Positions 17,333 to 27,107 of a stretch of DNA of 64,000 nucleotides are shown piece by piece. The stretch is from the NCBI GenBank assembly GCA_002420305.1, contig DIHT01000133.1, positions 2,261 to 66,260 of the forward strand. The letters are read 5' to 3'. The DNA is from Akkermansiaceae bacterium UBA5689. GTDB lineage: Bacteria > Verrucomicrobiota > Verrucomicrobiia > Verrucomicrobiales > Akkermansiaceae. The position numbers were made by a program, and so were the translations under genes. The stretch's first letter is position 1. Each line of letters starts with the position of its first letter. The notes beneath the pieces are model-generated. The model searched no databases, was not told where the DNA came from, and worked only from the letters and a program-made list of their open reading frames with translations.

Positions 17333-18556
17333 ATGATGCCCCTCAGCGCCATCAACGACCTCTTCGGAGCCATCTTGCCTGCCAATGCTTTTTACGCGGC
17401 AAAGTTGGGAAAGTGTCTAACGGTGGAGAGTCTGAAGGAATTCGAGAGCCGAGTGCCGTTTACGACCAAGGACGAACTGGCTGCGGATCACGAAGCGCAT
17501 CCGCCTTACGGCTCCAACCTCACTTATCCGCTTAAGCGCTACACCCGTTTCCACCAGACAAGCGGCACGCGGGGAAATCCCATGGCTTGGCTAGATGATT
17601 CTGCCGGCTGGGACTGGGTTTTAAAATCGTGGCAATGGGTCTGGGACAAGGCTGGGGCTACTCCGGGGGATAGTGCGTTTTTCCCATTCTCCTTCGGCCC
17701 CTTCATTGGATTCTGGTCTGCCTTTGAGGCTGCGACGGAAATGGGCATCCGGGCGATTCCGGGAGGTGGGCTTTCGAGTGAAAACCGCCTCCGGATGATG
17801 GAGCGGCATCGACCTGGCTTTATTGCGTGCACCCCTACCTATGCCCTTCATCTTGCGAACATAGGGAAGGAAATGGCTCTTCCGGTAGATGTGCTGGGCG
17901 TGGAGGCGCTGGTGGTCTGTGGTGAGCCCGGGGGAAGTATTCCGGAGGTTCGGGAACGGATCCAGCGTGAATGGAATGCGCGGGTTGTGGACCACCATGG
18001 GATGACCGAGACGGGCCCGGTAACAGTCAGCGATCCTCAAAATCCCGAGGTCCTCCGAATTTCTCATCAGGCCTATCACGCAGAGGTTATCAAGACAGGT
18101 AGTGGAACCCACGTAGCTCCAGGAGAAGTTGGAGAGCTCGTATTGACAACTCTCGGGCGCTATGGGTCACCATTGATCCGCTATCGTACGGGCGATCTTG
18201 TCCGTCCGGTAGCTGTTGAGGGGGAGGGGCCCGGAGCCTTTGGTTTGCATGGGGGTATCATTGGAAGGGCGGATGATATGGTAGTGGTTCGAGGGGTAAA
18301 CCTCTACCCCAGTGCGATCGAGGCGGTTGTTCGAGGCTTGGATGGGATCGGGGAATACTTGGTCGAGGTCGATGAGCGCGGAGCCCTGCCAGAGGTCAGC
18401 CTGATCGCAGAGATGCTGGAGGGGCAATCGGTTGAGAGCGAACTTGAGGCCCGCCTCCGTGCTGTTTTTTCTATGAGAATCCCTGTAAGAGCGGTTCGTC
18501 CTGGCGATCTGCCGGGTCACGAAGTAAAGGCCAAGCGGTGGAAAGTGATCAGGTAA
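17333..18556 (+). CDS. Phenylacetate-CoA ligase-like (PaaK / coenzyme F390 synthetase family) adenylate-forming enzyme
   Basis: 407 aa. Motifs FHQTSGTRGNPM, HHGMTETG, RYRTGD, VVVRGVNLYP. Confidence 0.8.
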   Translation: MMPLSAINDLFGAILPANAFYAAKLGKCLTVESLKEFESRVPFTTKDELAADHEAHPPYGSNLTYPLKRYTRFHQTSGTRGNPMAWLDDSAGWDWVLKSWQWVWDKAGATPGDSAFFPFSFGPFIGFWSAFEAATEMGIRAIPGGGLSSENRLRMMERHRPGFIACTPTYALHLANIGKEMALPVDVLGVEALVVCGEPGGSIPEVRERIQREWNARVVDHHGMTETGPVTVSDPQNPEVLRISHQAYHAEVIKTGSGTHVAPGEVGELVLTTLGRYGSPLIRYRTGDLVRPVAVEGEGPGAFGLHGGIIGRADDMVVVRGVNLYPSAIEAVVRGLDGIGEYLVEVDERGALPEVSLIAEMLEGQSVESELEARLRAVFSMRIPVRAVRPGDLPGHEVKAKRWKVIR

Positions 18557-19230
18557 TGATAGATGTTCAAAATGTAAGCAAGGTGTATGAGATGCCGGGG
18601 GAGGCCGTTCGCGCCCTCGCCGGCATCGAGTTCCAGGTAAAATCGGGAAAGACCGCAGCAGTCGTTGGTCCCTCGGGGAGCGGAAAAACAACCCTGCTGA
18701 ATCTTCTAGGGGCGTTGGACCAGCCCAGTGAGGGCAAGATAGTCATCGATGGCAATGATCTCTCCTCCTTTGGTGAAGAGGAGGCCGCGACTTTCCGAAA
18801 TCGCTCTCTGGGTTTCGTCTTCCAGCACCATCATCTGCTGCCGCAGTGCACCCTTCTGGAAAATGTGGTTCTTCCCCGTCTTGCCGGGGGTTGGGAGGAA
18901 GCCGAATCAGAGACTGCGGCGAGGGCGGAGACATTGCTCGAAAATGTCGGCCTTCAGGACCGGCTTACCCACTTTCCGCACCAGCTTTCTGGTGGGGAGC
19001 GATTGCGCGCGGCTCTAGCCCGGGCACTTGTCAATCAGCCAAAATTGATTCTTGCGGATGAGCCTACGGGCTCGCTCGATCTTGAGACAACAGAAGTGGT
19101 CGCAGAGCTTCTGGGGCGGCTGAATTCTGAGATGGGCGTCACCCTCGTAGTCGTTACCCACAATCTCGCTCTGGCCCAGAGGATGGAAAGTCACTTTGAG
19201 CTCCGCGGCGGGCAATTGGAGAAGCAATGA
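18556..19230 (+). CDS. ABC transporter ATP-binding protein (LolD/MacB-type)
   Basis: ATG 18556 overlaps the ligase stop (TAATG). Walker A GPSGSGKTT, signature LSGGERLR, Walker B ILADEPTGSLD. Confidence 0.9.
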   Translation: MIDVQNVSKVYEMPGEAVRALAGIEFQVKSGKTAAVVGPSGSGKTTLLNLLGALDQPSEGKIVIDGNDLSSFGEEEAATFRNRSLGFVFQHHHLLPQCTLLENVVLPRLAGGWEEAESETAARAETLLENVGLQDRLTHFPHQLSGGERLRAALARALVNQPKLILADEPTGSLDLETTEVVAELLGRLNSEMGVTLVVVTHNLALAQRMESHFELRGGQLEKQ

Positions 19231-22200
19231 ATGTGCTCAAGTTCATCCGGCGCGGGATCTGGCACTACAAGCTCTCCTATTTAGGGGTCGGCGCTGGAGC
19301 GGTTCTTGGCGCTACCGTCTTGCTCGGAGCTCTTATTGCCGGGGATTCGGTAAAGGAAACTCTTCGTCAGGTTGCGGGTCAACGTGTTGGCCAGGTTGGC
19401 CATGTGTTTGTGGCGGGAGAGGGGTTTTTTCGAGATGCCCTCGCTGATGATGTTGAGAACAAGGACCTCAGGGTTGCGCCGGTTCTCCTCCTACGGGGGC
19501 AGCTCAACGCATCGGCGACTGGCAGGGCTCAAGGGAGTGTACAGATTCTTGGCGTAGACGACCGGTTCTGGGGGTTTTCACCAGAAGAGAGGAGTGCGGT
19601 GGCGCTCGAGTCCCGGGAGGTAGGAGTGAACAGTTATCTGGCAGAGTCCCTAGATCTCCAAGAGAGCGACTCTGTCATCATTCGTCTCCAAGAGCCCGGC
19701 ATGCTTTCCCGCGACGCCCCCCTCTCCGGAGAGGCTGAAGATGTTATCAGTTTCCGGGCAAAGGTCAGGAAGGTTGTGGGCCCAAATCAGTTCGGCCGAT
19801 TCAACCTCCAAGCCACTCAGCTACCCGTGCCCACCATTTTTGTGCCCTTAAGCCGGTTACAGCAAGTAGTCGAACAGCCCGGTCGGGCCAATCTGCTCCT
19901 TTTGTCTGCGGAGGAAGAGGGATCAGTTGGTAGTAATGAGTTGGCCAGCCAGATCAGGAGCGAGATGGCTTTGGAGGACTATGGCCTTTCCCTTGTGGAT
20001 GTGCCTTTGGCTAACGCCTCGGAGATCAGATCAAGCCGCATTTTCTTCGAGGACCCGATCGTCCGAGTAGTTCAAGAGCGGTTTCCCGCCATGGTGCCGG
20101 TAACCAGTTATCTCATTAACACCTACGCTGCGAATGGGAAGGAAACGCCGTATTCCATGGTAGCGGCGGTGCGGGCAGAGGGAGCCTCTTTCCTGCCTCA
20201 GGACATGAAAGGGGAGGACATCGTGGTCAATGAGTGGCTGGCGGAAGACCTCGATTTGGAATCCGGTCAGGAATTAAGCTTATCCTTTTTCAAATTGGTT
20301 CGGGGAAATGAGTTAGAAGAATCCACGGCGAATTTCCGGGTGCGAAAGAGCATCAACCTTGAGGGGCTTGCCGCGGATCAGCTTTGGATGCCGGACTTCC
20401 CGGGGGTGGCGGAGGCGGAGGATGCCCAGGACTGGGCTCCGGGATTGCCTCTCGATCTCGGCAGGATCAGGCAAAAAGATGAGGATTATTGGGATGATTA
20501 TCGGGGAACCCCAAAGGCCTTTATTTCTGAGGAAAAGGGGACGGAGCTATTTGGCAACCGGTGGGGAAATTTCACATCTCTCCGGGTGCCAACTGCGGAG
20601 GTTTCCACGGTGAACCTCGAGGATGAATTGCTGCCACTCCTCCGGCCAGAGATGGCCGGCTTACTTCTGCGTAACCTAGGAGATGAAGCAAGAGCAGCAG
20701 CGAAATCCCCAGTCGATATCGCGGGCCTTTTTCTCAGTATGAGCGTATTCCTGATTGTGGCGTCCATTGCTCTGACAGCGATGCTCTTTCGGTTCAACGT
20801 CGAGCAGCGCAACAGGGAGAGTGGGCTGCTTGCTGCGGTGGGGGTCTCACCGAGAAAGGTTCTCCGGTGGCGCCTCGTGGAAGGGTTCATCATTGTGTTA
20901 GTAAGCGGGGGAGTCGGGCTGGCCCTAGCAATCACCTACTCGACCTGGATTCTTCGCTTTCTGGAAACAATATGGAGTGATGGGATGAGCGGGCCATTCT
21001 TCATGCTTCACCTGAATCCCAACAGTGTATTCGTCGGATTAGGGGTCTTCATTTTTCTGTCCATGGCTGCTATCTACTACTCAATGCGGAAGCAGGCTCG
21101 GAGAAGTGCAACCATGCGGTTGGAGGCAGGAACCGAGGAGGCCCGGGGGCGCCCCCGGATCTGGCGATTTGCATCTACGGGGGCGCTCTGTTTGCTTGTA
21201 GCGGCAGGAAGCCTCCTTGGGAGAGAGTCGATTGGGGCTCAGGCTGCCTTTTTCCTTTCCGGGATGTTTCTTCTGGTTGCGGGGCTGCTGACTTACCGGG
21301 CGTGGCTCGAACGTATAGCGAAGAAGAGATATCCCTCCATGTCTACTAGAGCGATGGCGACCCTGAACAGTGTTCGCCGACCGGCGCGAAGCCTGGTGGT
21401 AGTTGGGATCATGGCGTGCGGAATTTTTCTCGTTATTTCTGTTACAGCCTCACGAAAGTACGTTGGGGAAGAGTGGGCGGAAAAGGAAAGTGGGGCCGGA
21501 GGGTTCGGCTTTTGGATCGAAACGACAAGCCCGATCAATCGAGCAGCTGACGCCAAGAAGGATCCTGATTATTTTGAGCTGGGAGACCTCAGGGATATTC
21601 TCGGTGCCATCGTCCCCTTCCGAATGGGCGTGGGAGACGATGCTAGCTGCTTTAACTTAAATACGGCAGCCCGCCCCCGATTGATTGCGACCGATACCGG
21701 GGCCTTAGCAGAGCGAGGGGCCTTTACCCTCAAGGCAGTTTCCGAAGGAGCGAATAAGGAGGACGGCTGGAAGCTCCTGGGGCAACGAGCCGAGCCGAGG
21801 GTGCTTCCTGCATTTGTCGATGAGACAACGATGATGTGGGTTCTTAAGAAGAAAGTTGGAGATCGAATTACCTATCAGGATGAGCGGGGGAAGGATTTTC
21901 AGGTAGAAATTGTAGGAGCGTTAGCCGATAGCGTTTTCCAAGGAAACATGATCGTTGACGAGGCCGCCTTTCTTAGGTTGTTCCCCTCGCAGGAGGGCTA
22001 CCGCCTGTTTCTGGCGGACGCTTCCGACGACACCGAGCAGGCGCTGGAAGCGCTGCAGAAAGCCACTGCAGATCGTGGAGGCGCAGTTTCTCTTACGCAG
22101 GAAAGGCTCGAAAGCTTTAACAACGTGCAGAATACCTATATTTCGATTTTCCACGTCCTTGGAGGTCTCGGTCTCATTCTGGGGAGTGCAGGACTCGGAG

Positions 22201-22505
22201 TTGTGACAGCTCGTAATCTTGCCGAAAGGCGGAATGAATTTGCCGTTCTCAACGTCATCGGGGTGGCCCACCGGGAAATCCGAAGGATTATTTTCAAGGA
22301 GGTGAGATCCTTTATTGGCTGGGCTCTTGTGGTCGGCCTCGGGGCCTCATGCGTAGCAATACTGCCTGTGTTCTCAGAAGCCCCGCCGGAACAAACCCTG
22401 TTTGGTCTAGGGGTAATGGTTGTGCTTATCGGCGTAAATAGTCTGTTCTGGGCCTTTGTTGGCTATCTTACCGCCTATCGCAGAAGATCTGGAATCAGGA
22501 TCTGA
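19227..22505 (+). CDS. Large ABC transporter permease with two FtsX-type domains
   Basis: 1092 aa. ATGA overlap with the ATPase stop. Two modules, each with an N-terminal TM, a large extracytoplasmic domain and a 3-TM FtsX-like bundle (…FNVEQRNRESGLLAAVGVSPRKV… and …ARNLAERRNEFAVLNVIGVAHREI…). Confidence 0.8.
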   Translation: MNVLKFIRRGIWHYKLSYLGVGAGAVLGATVLLGALIAGDSVKETLRQVAGQRVGQVGHVFVAGEGFFRDALADDVENKDLRVAPVLLLRGQLNASATGRAQGSVQILGVDDRFWGFSPEERSAVALESREVGVNSYLAESLDLQESDSVIIRLQEPGMLSRDAPLSGEAEDVISFRAKVRKVVGPNQFGRFNLQATQLPVPTIFVPLSRLQQVVEQPGRANLLLLSAEEEGSVGSNELASQIRSEMALEDYGLSLVDVPLANASEIRSSRIFFEDPIVRVVQERFPAMVPVTSYLINTYAANGKETPYSMVAAVRAEGASFLPQDMKGEDIVVNEWLAEDLDLESGQELSLSFFKLVRGNELEESTANFRVRKSINLEGLAADQLWMPDFPGVAEAEDAQDWAPGLPLDLGRIRQKDEDYWDDYRGTPKAFISEEKGTELFGNRWGNFTSLRVPTAEVSTVNLEDELLPLLRPEMAGLLLRNLGDEARAAAKSPVDIAGLFLSMSVFLIVASIALTAMLFRFNVEQRNRESGLLAAVGVSPRKVLRWRLVEGFIIVLVSGGVGLALAITYSTWILRFLETIWSDGMSGPFFMLHLNPNSVFVGLGVFIFLSMAAIYYSMRKQARRSATMRLEAGTEEARGRPRIWRFASTGALCLLVAAGSLLGRESIGAQAAFFLSGMFLLVAGLLTYRAWLERIAKKRYPSMSTRAMATLNSVRRPARSLVVVGIMACGIFLVISVTASRKYVGEEWAEKESGAGGFGFWIETTSPINRAADAKKDPDYFELGDLRDILGAIVPFRMGVGDDASCFNLNTAARPRLIATDTGALAERGAFTLKAVSEGANKEDGWKLLGQRAEPRVLPAFVDETTMMWVLKKKVGDRITYQDERGKDFQVEIVGALADSVFQGNMIVDEAAFLRLFPSQEGYRLFLADASDDTEQALEALQKATADRGGAVSLTQERLESFNNVQNTYISIFHVLGGLGLILGSAGLGVVTARNLAERRNEFAVLNVIGVAHREIRRIIFKEVRSFIGWALVVGLGASCVAILPVFSEAPPEQTLFGLGVMVVLIGVNSLFWAFVGYLTAYRRRSGIRI

Positions 22506-22554
22506 AGCCGACTCTGTTTCTTGTGCTTCCTGGGTCGCTACCTAGGCTTCCACT

Positions 22555-23460
22555 GTGAAAGCTCTTATCCTGGTATTATTAACGTTAGCGCCTATGGCCC
22601 GCGGCGGGGACTGGGTTGATCTCTGGACGGGTGAGGCTCCGGGGGCCAAACGCCCGCCGGCCGGGACCGAAACTGGCGGAAGCAACTGGAGATTTTCTCA
22701 TACGGAAATTCCCCAGTACAGTTTGTTTCCAGCAAAAAAACCGAATGGAACGGGGGTGGTGATTTTGCCAGGTGGGGGCTATGCCAACCTCGCAGCAGAT
22801 CACGAAGGGCGGCAAGTTGGAGAGTGGTTCGCCAAACGGGGAGTAACGGCCATGGTGGTCAAATATAGGGTTAGCTCCAACCCTGCCCTTGGATATCATT
22901 ATCCCATCCCTCAAATGGATGTTCGGCGGGCGATCCGGACAATGAGGTCCATGTCGACGAAGTGGGCCGTGGATGCGGGTCGGATCGGCGTTCTGGGGTT
23001 TTCGGCCGGAGGCCACCTCTGCTCTACCGCAGTCACAATGTTCGATGACACATTCAAGCAGGAAACACAGGACCCTATCGACATGCTAAGCTGTCGGCCG
23101 AACTTTGGGATTCTCTGCTATCCTGTGATTGCAATGGGCCAGCCCTATTGCCACGGGGGGTCGGTGAGGAATTTACTGGGAGAGGCGCCCTCTCAGGAAC
23201 TCCTCGACCGGAACAATACCGCATTACGAGTCACTAGTCGCACCCCTCCGATTTTTCTCGTCCACTCTGCCGATGACCGGGCAGTGCCTTTACGGAATGG
23301 CACGGAATTTGTGGCAGCTTGTGCGGAGAAGGGAGTTCCGGTGACCTGCCATATTTATGCCAAGGGAGGCCATGGTTATGGTCTGGGCCGGGCTGGAGAA
23401 TCCAAAAACTGGCCTGCCCGCCTCGAAGATTGGATGCGAAGCCACGGATGGATGGAGTGA
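22555..23460 (+). CDS. Secreted alpha/beta hydrolase (esterase, BD-FAE / carbohydrate-esterase-like)
   Basis: GTG start, signal peptide MKALILVLLTLAPMARG. Oxyanion region VILPGGGY. Nucleophile elbow GFSAGGH. C-terminal HSADDRAVP…GGHGYG. Confidence 0.75.
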   Translation: MKALILVLLTLAPMARGGDWVDLWTGEAPGAKRPPAGTETGGSNWRFSHTEIPQYSLFPAKKPNGTGVVILPGGGYANLAADHEGRQVGEWFAKRGVTAMVVKYRVSSNPALGYHYPIPQMDVRRAIRTMRSMSTKWAVDAGRIGVLGFSAGGHLCSTAVTMFDDTFKQETQDPIDMLSCRPNFGILCYPVIAMGQPYCHGGSVRNLLGEAPSQELLDRNNTALRVTSRTPPIFLVHSADDRAVPLRNGTEFVAACAEKGVPVTCHIYAKGGHGYGLGRAGESKNWPARLEDWMRSHGWME

Positions 23461-23508
23461 TCCGCGACCATGGACTGCTATCTGGCAGCAGTTTCCTGCG
23501 CTAGCGGC

Positions 23509-24405
23509 TCAGCTCTCTGGCGAGTTCGTCTCGGGTTCGCCGTCCTCTCCGCTGAAATCGACTTTCTCCACAGTGGCTCCTTTCCTTAGGTTGGCGGCGA
23601 AGTTACGCAGTGCGTTCCGGCGTTTCTCAAATTCCACCCGATGGGTAATGTCCTCCTGAACCTCCTCAAAAGCTCGGACCACAGCCGGTTTGATCTCAGC
23701 GATCTTAAGAATGTGGTAGGAGTGCTCGTAGGCGATGACGGGGCTGACCTCCTCGAGCCGCATCGTGAACATGATTGATTCAATCGGGTTTGATGGCCGA
23801 TCGAAAGTAATCCAGCCCAGGTCAATTTCTCCCGATTCTTTCTCGGTCTCTGCCTTCGCGATTTCCTCGAAGTTGGCACCATCAACAAGCGCTTCGCGGA
23901 GCTCACCCATCTCTTCCAACAAGAGGACAGGATCCTCATGTTTCTCAAGAGACTTCATGAAATGAAGGACTCGCACTTCGGCAGTAGTCCGAAATTCTCT
24001 TTCGTTGTCCTTGTAGTAGTTCCGGACGTCCTGATCAGAGACATCCGTTTTGCCCGCCAGAACTCCATCGAGAAACTTCTCCATACGCAAGTTGGCCTCG
24101 CACTCATCCTGCAGACTGTCGCGCTGCGCCTCCAGCATGTCCCAGCTTGCACCATGTTTACGATATTCCTTCAGGGTGCCCTCAAGCCGCTCCTTGATCT
24201 CATCTTCAGGGAGATCAGGGAATTGAGATTCGGCCTCCTGTGCGATTAAGACCGAATCGATGACCTCTTCCTCCGCCTGCTCCATGAACTCGGGATCCCG
24301 TTCGCAACAAGATACTTGCAGGCGGGCCTCGGCTTCAGACTTGATCCGGGCAAAGGCATCCTCAAGAAGATTTGGGTCGATAAGTTCTCCGTTAACGCGA
24401 AGCAT
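23509..24405 (-). CDS. Parvulin-type peptidyl-prolyl isomerase (SurA/PpiC-like)
   Basis: 298 aa. Acidic N-terminal chaperone-like region, then a rotamase-like segment (VRVLHFMKSLE … GEIDLGWITF … SYHILKI). Confidence 0.55.
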   Translation of the reverse strand: MLRVNGELIDPNLLEDAFARIKSEAEARLQVSCCERDPEFMEQAEEEVIDSVLIAQEAESQFPDLPEDEIKERLEGTLKEYRKHGASWDMLEAQRDSLQDECEANLRMEKFLDGVLAGKTDVSDQDVRNYYKDNEREFRTTAEVRVLHFMKSLEKHEDPVLLLEEMGELREALVDGANFEEIAKAETEKESGEIDLGWITFDRPSNPIESIMFTMRLEEVSPVIAYEHSYHILKIAEIKPAVVRAFEEVQEDITHRVEFEKRRNALRNFAANLRKGATVEKVDFSGEDGEPETNSPES

Positions 24406-24454
24406 AGCTGAGAGGTAGCGGCGGAGGACTCAATCGCCAATCCGAAAGAATATC

Positions 24455-27004
24455 TCAGTTTGCCACGATATTCACCAGGCGGCCGGGAACAACGATGACC
24501 TTCCGGACGGTCAGGCCCTCTATGAGCCCCGCAATTTTGGAGTCTGCCAGCGCAGAGGATTCCAATTCCTCATTCGAAGCCGCGGCATCCACTTGTATCC
24601 GGGACCGGACTTTTCCGTTTACCTGGACAACCATTTCGATCTCATTTTCCACCAGCAGGGACTCGTCGTAGTCAGGCCAATCTGCCTCGAGACAGGAGCC
24701 CCCATACTCCAGCTGCTCCCAAAGTTCCTCGGTGAGGTGAGGGGCAAAAGGATTGAGCAAGATAAGGAAGGAGCGGAAAAGCTCGTGAGGGACTTCGTTC
24801 CCGGCAGTGAAAGCGTTAATGCATTCCATCATCTGGGAAATGGCGGTGTTAAACCGAAGTTTCTCGATGTCCTCCCCAACTTTCTTGATCGTAGCGTGCA
24901 TGATCTTGAGGAGGGCGGGTTCCCCGGGATTGTCGCCGAGTTTGTCTCCATGGGCCCACTCGCCTTCCTGAGTGATGACCATGGCGACTCGCCAGACCTT
25001 GGCAAGGAAGCGCGAGACCCCCTCGACGCCCTGCGTATTCCAAGGCTTTACCTGCTCGAGCGGGCCCATGAACATCTCGTAGAGCCGGAATGCATCCGCG
25101 CCATACTCTGCTACCACGTCATCAGGATTAATGACGTTGCCGAGCGACTTGGACATCTTGCGGCCATCTTCTCCCATGATGAGGCCCTGATTCACGAGTT
25201 TCTGGAACGGCTCTGCAGTATTGAGATGCCCAAGGTCATTCAGGATCTTATGCCAGAAACGAGCGTAAAGCAGATGCAGCACGGCATGCTCAGTACCGCC
25301 AATGTAGAGGTCGACTCCTCCTGTATGGCCCGGGCCTCCAAGCCAGTAGTCTCTGGCCTCAGAAGAAATAAATCGCTCGCTATTCGTCGGGTCGCAGTAG
25401 CGCAGGTAATACCAGCATGACCCTGCCCACTGAGGCATGGTGTTTGTTTCGCGCCTCTTCCCATCGGAGACCTCGACCCAGTCGGTGGCTTTTGAGAGGA
25501 GAGGTTCGGGTTCTCCGGAGGGATTATAGTCTTCCAACTCTGGAGCGAGCAAAGGCAACTCACTTTCTGGCAGGGCTTCATGGTGGCCGTCCTTCCAGAG
25601 GATGGGGAAGGGCTCCCCCCAGTAGCGCTGGCGGGAGAAAAGCCAGTCGCGCAGCTTGTAGTTGGTCTGAGCCTCTCCATGATTGTGTTCCCCAAGCCAC
25701 TCCTTGATTGTTCTTTTGGCTTCTGGGGTTGCCATTCCATCGAGAAAGCCTGAGTTCACGGCGCTGCCATCGCCGGTGAACCCTTGCCAGGCCGTGTCGT
25801 CTGCAGGCTCAACCACCTGGACGACCGGCAGGTCAAATTTGGTCGCGAACTCGAGATCGCGGCTATCGTGGCCGGGCACTGCCATGATGGCACCGGTTCC
25901 ATAACCCATCATGACATAATCAGCGATCCACACCGGAATGGGTTCGTTATTGACCGGGTTGACGGCAAAAGCTCCCGTGGCGACACCCGTCTTCTCCTTG
26001 TTGAGCTCTCCACGCTCCATCTCAGACTTAGTCGCGCACAGCCTCCGATAGGAGGTGACGGCGTCTCGTTGTGGGTCGGTGGTGATCTGGTCTACCAGAG
26101 GGTGCTCTGGGGCGAGGACCATGTAGGTGGCGCCGAAAAGGGTGTCAGGCCTGGTGGTAAATACCTCGATCTCTGCGTCGTGAGTGGGTGCGAGGGGAAA
26201 AACGACGCGCGCGCCCTCGGACCGCCCGATCCAGTTACGCTGGAGCATCTTAATCCCTTCGGGCCAGTCGAGATCCTCCAGCTCGTCGATGAGCCGTTGC
26301 GCGTATGCAGTAATACGAAGCATCCACTGCTGGAGAGGACGCCGCTCTACGGCGTGCCCCTTCTCTTCCCACTCCGAGACTTCCTCATTGGCGAGGACCG
26401 TTCCAAGGCTGGGGCACCAGTTCACGGGAGCCTCTGCGACATAGGCGAGTCGCACATTATCGATTTGTTCCTTGGTCCAGCCCTGCTCTTCCAGTTCGGA
26501 TACGGGCCGGGCCCGTTGGGAAGAGGCATCGAAGTAGCTATTGTAAATCTGCAGGAAGATCCATTGGGTCCAGCGTACGTATCCTGGATCCGTGGTATTT
26601 ACCTCGCGATCCCAGTCGTAACAGAAGCCAAGCATCTTGAGCTGGCGCCGGAAGTTATTGATGTTGTTCTGTGTATTGATTCTTGGATGCTCTCCGGTCT
26701 TCCGGGCATGCTCTTCCGCGGGCAGGCCGAACGCGTCCCACCCCATCGGGTGGAGAACGTTGAAGCCGTTCTTGCGCTTGTAGCGAGTGATGATGTCAGT
26801 GGCGGTATAGCCTTCAGGGTGGCCTACATGCAGTCCAGCTCCGCTCGGGTAGGGAAACATGTCGAGCGCATAGAATTTGGGTGCGGCGCTATCGAAGTCA
26901 GGGTCACCCGGTCCGGGCATATGGAACGTCTTATTCTCGTCCCAACGCTCCTGCCACTTTGCCTCGAAAGTATCGAATGGGTAAGGTTTACGTCGGTCGC
27001 TCAT
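24455..27004 (-). CDS. leuS: Leucine--tRNA ligase
   Basis: ORF 24455..27064 trimmed to ATG 27004 ([21 protein letters not shown]). HIGH-type motif [21 protein letters not shown] motif [12 protein letters not shown]1 editing domain present. Confidence 0.95.
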   Translation of the reverse strand: MSDRRKPYPFDTFEAKWQERWDENKTFHMPGPGDPDFDSAAPKFYALDMFPYPSGAGLHVGHPEGYTATDIITRYKRKNGFNVLHPMGWDAFGLPAEEHARKTGEHPRINTQNNINNFRRQLKMLGFCYDWDREVNTTDPGYVRWTQWIFLQIYNSYFDASSQRARPVSELEEQGWTKEQIDNVRLAYVAEAPVNWCPSLGTVLANEEVSEWEEKGHAVERRPLQQWMLRITAYAQRLIDELEDLDWPEGIKMLQRNWIGRSEGARVVFPLAPTHDAEIEVFTTRPDTLFGATYMVLAPEHPLVDQITTDPQRDAVTSYRRLCATKSEMERGELNKEKTGVATGAFAVNPVNNEPIPVWIADYVMMGYGTGAIMAVPGHDSRDLEFATKFDLPVVQVVEPADDTAWQGFTGDGSAVNSGFLDGMATPEAKRTIKEWLGEHNHGEAQTNYKLRDWLFSRQRYWGEPFPILWKDGHHEALPESELPLLAPELEDYNPSGEPEPLLSKATDWVEVSDGKRRETNTMPQWAGSCWYYLRYCDPTNSERFISSEARDYWLGGPGHTGGVDLYIGGTEHAVLHLLYARFWHKILNDLGHLNTAEPFQKLVNQGLIMGEDGRKMSKSLGNVINPDDVVAEYGADAFRLYEMFMGPLEQVKPWNTQGVEGVSRFLAKVWRVAMVITQEGEWAHGDKLGDNPGEPALLKIMHATIKKVGEDIEKLRFNTAISQMMECINAFTAGNEVPHELFRSFLILLNPFAPHLTEELWEQLEYGGSCLEADWPDYDESLLVENEIEMVVQVNGKVRSRIQVDAAASNEELESSALADSKIAGLIEGLTVRKVIVVPGRLVNIVAN

Positions 27005-27107
27005 GGTGGGTTCTTTGGTCCTGAAACGGGGCGGGAAGGTGGCAGATAAGCCGTAGCAGGGCAAGCGCCCTGCGTCAGGGTTACGGTGGCAGTTGGCGGA
27101 GAGCCCG

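Noticed and set aside
25784-27049. 421-aa ORF on the + strand, antisense to leuS
   Set aside because: It lies entirely inside the unmistakable LeuS coding sequence. The translation is Arg/Gly/Pro/Leu-rich with no recognisable motifs. This is a typical shadow ORF of a GC-rich gene.
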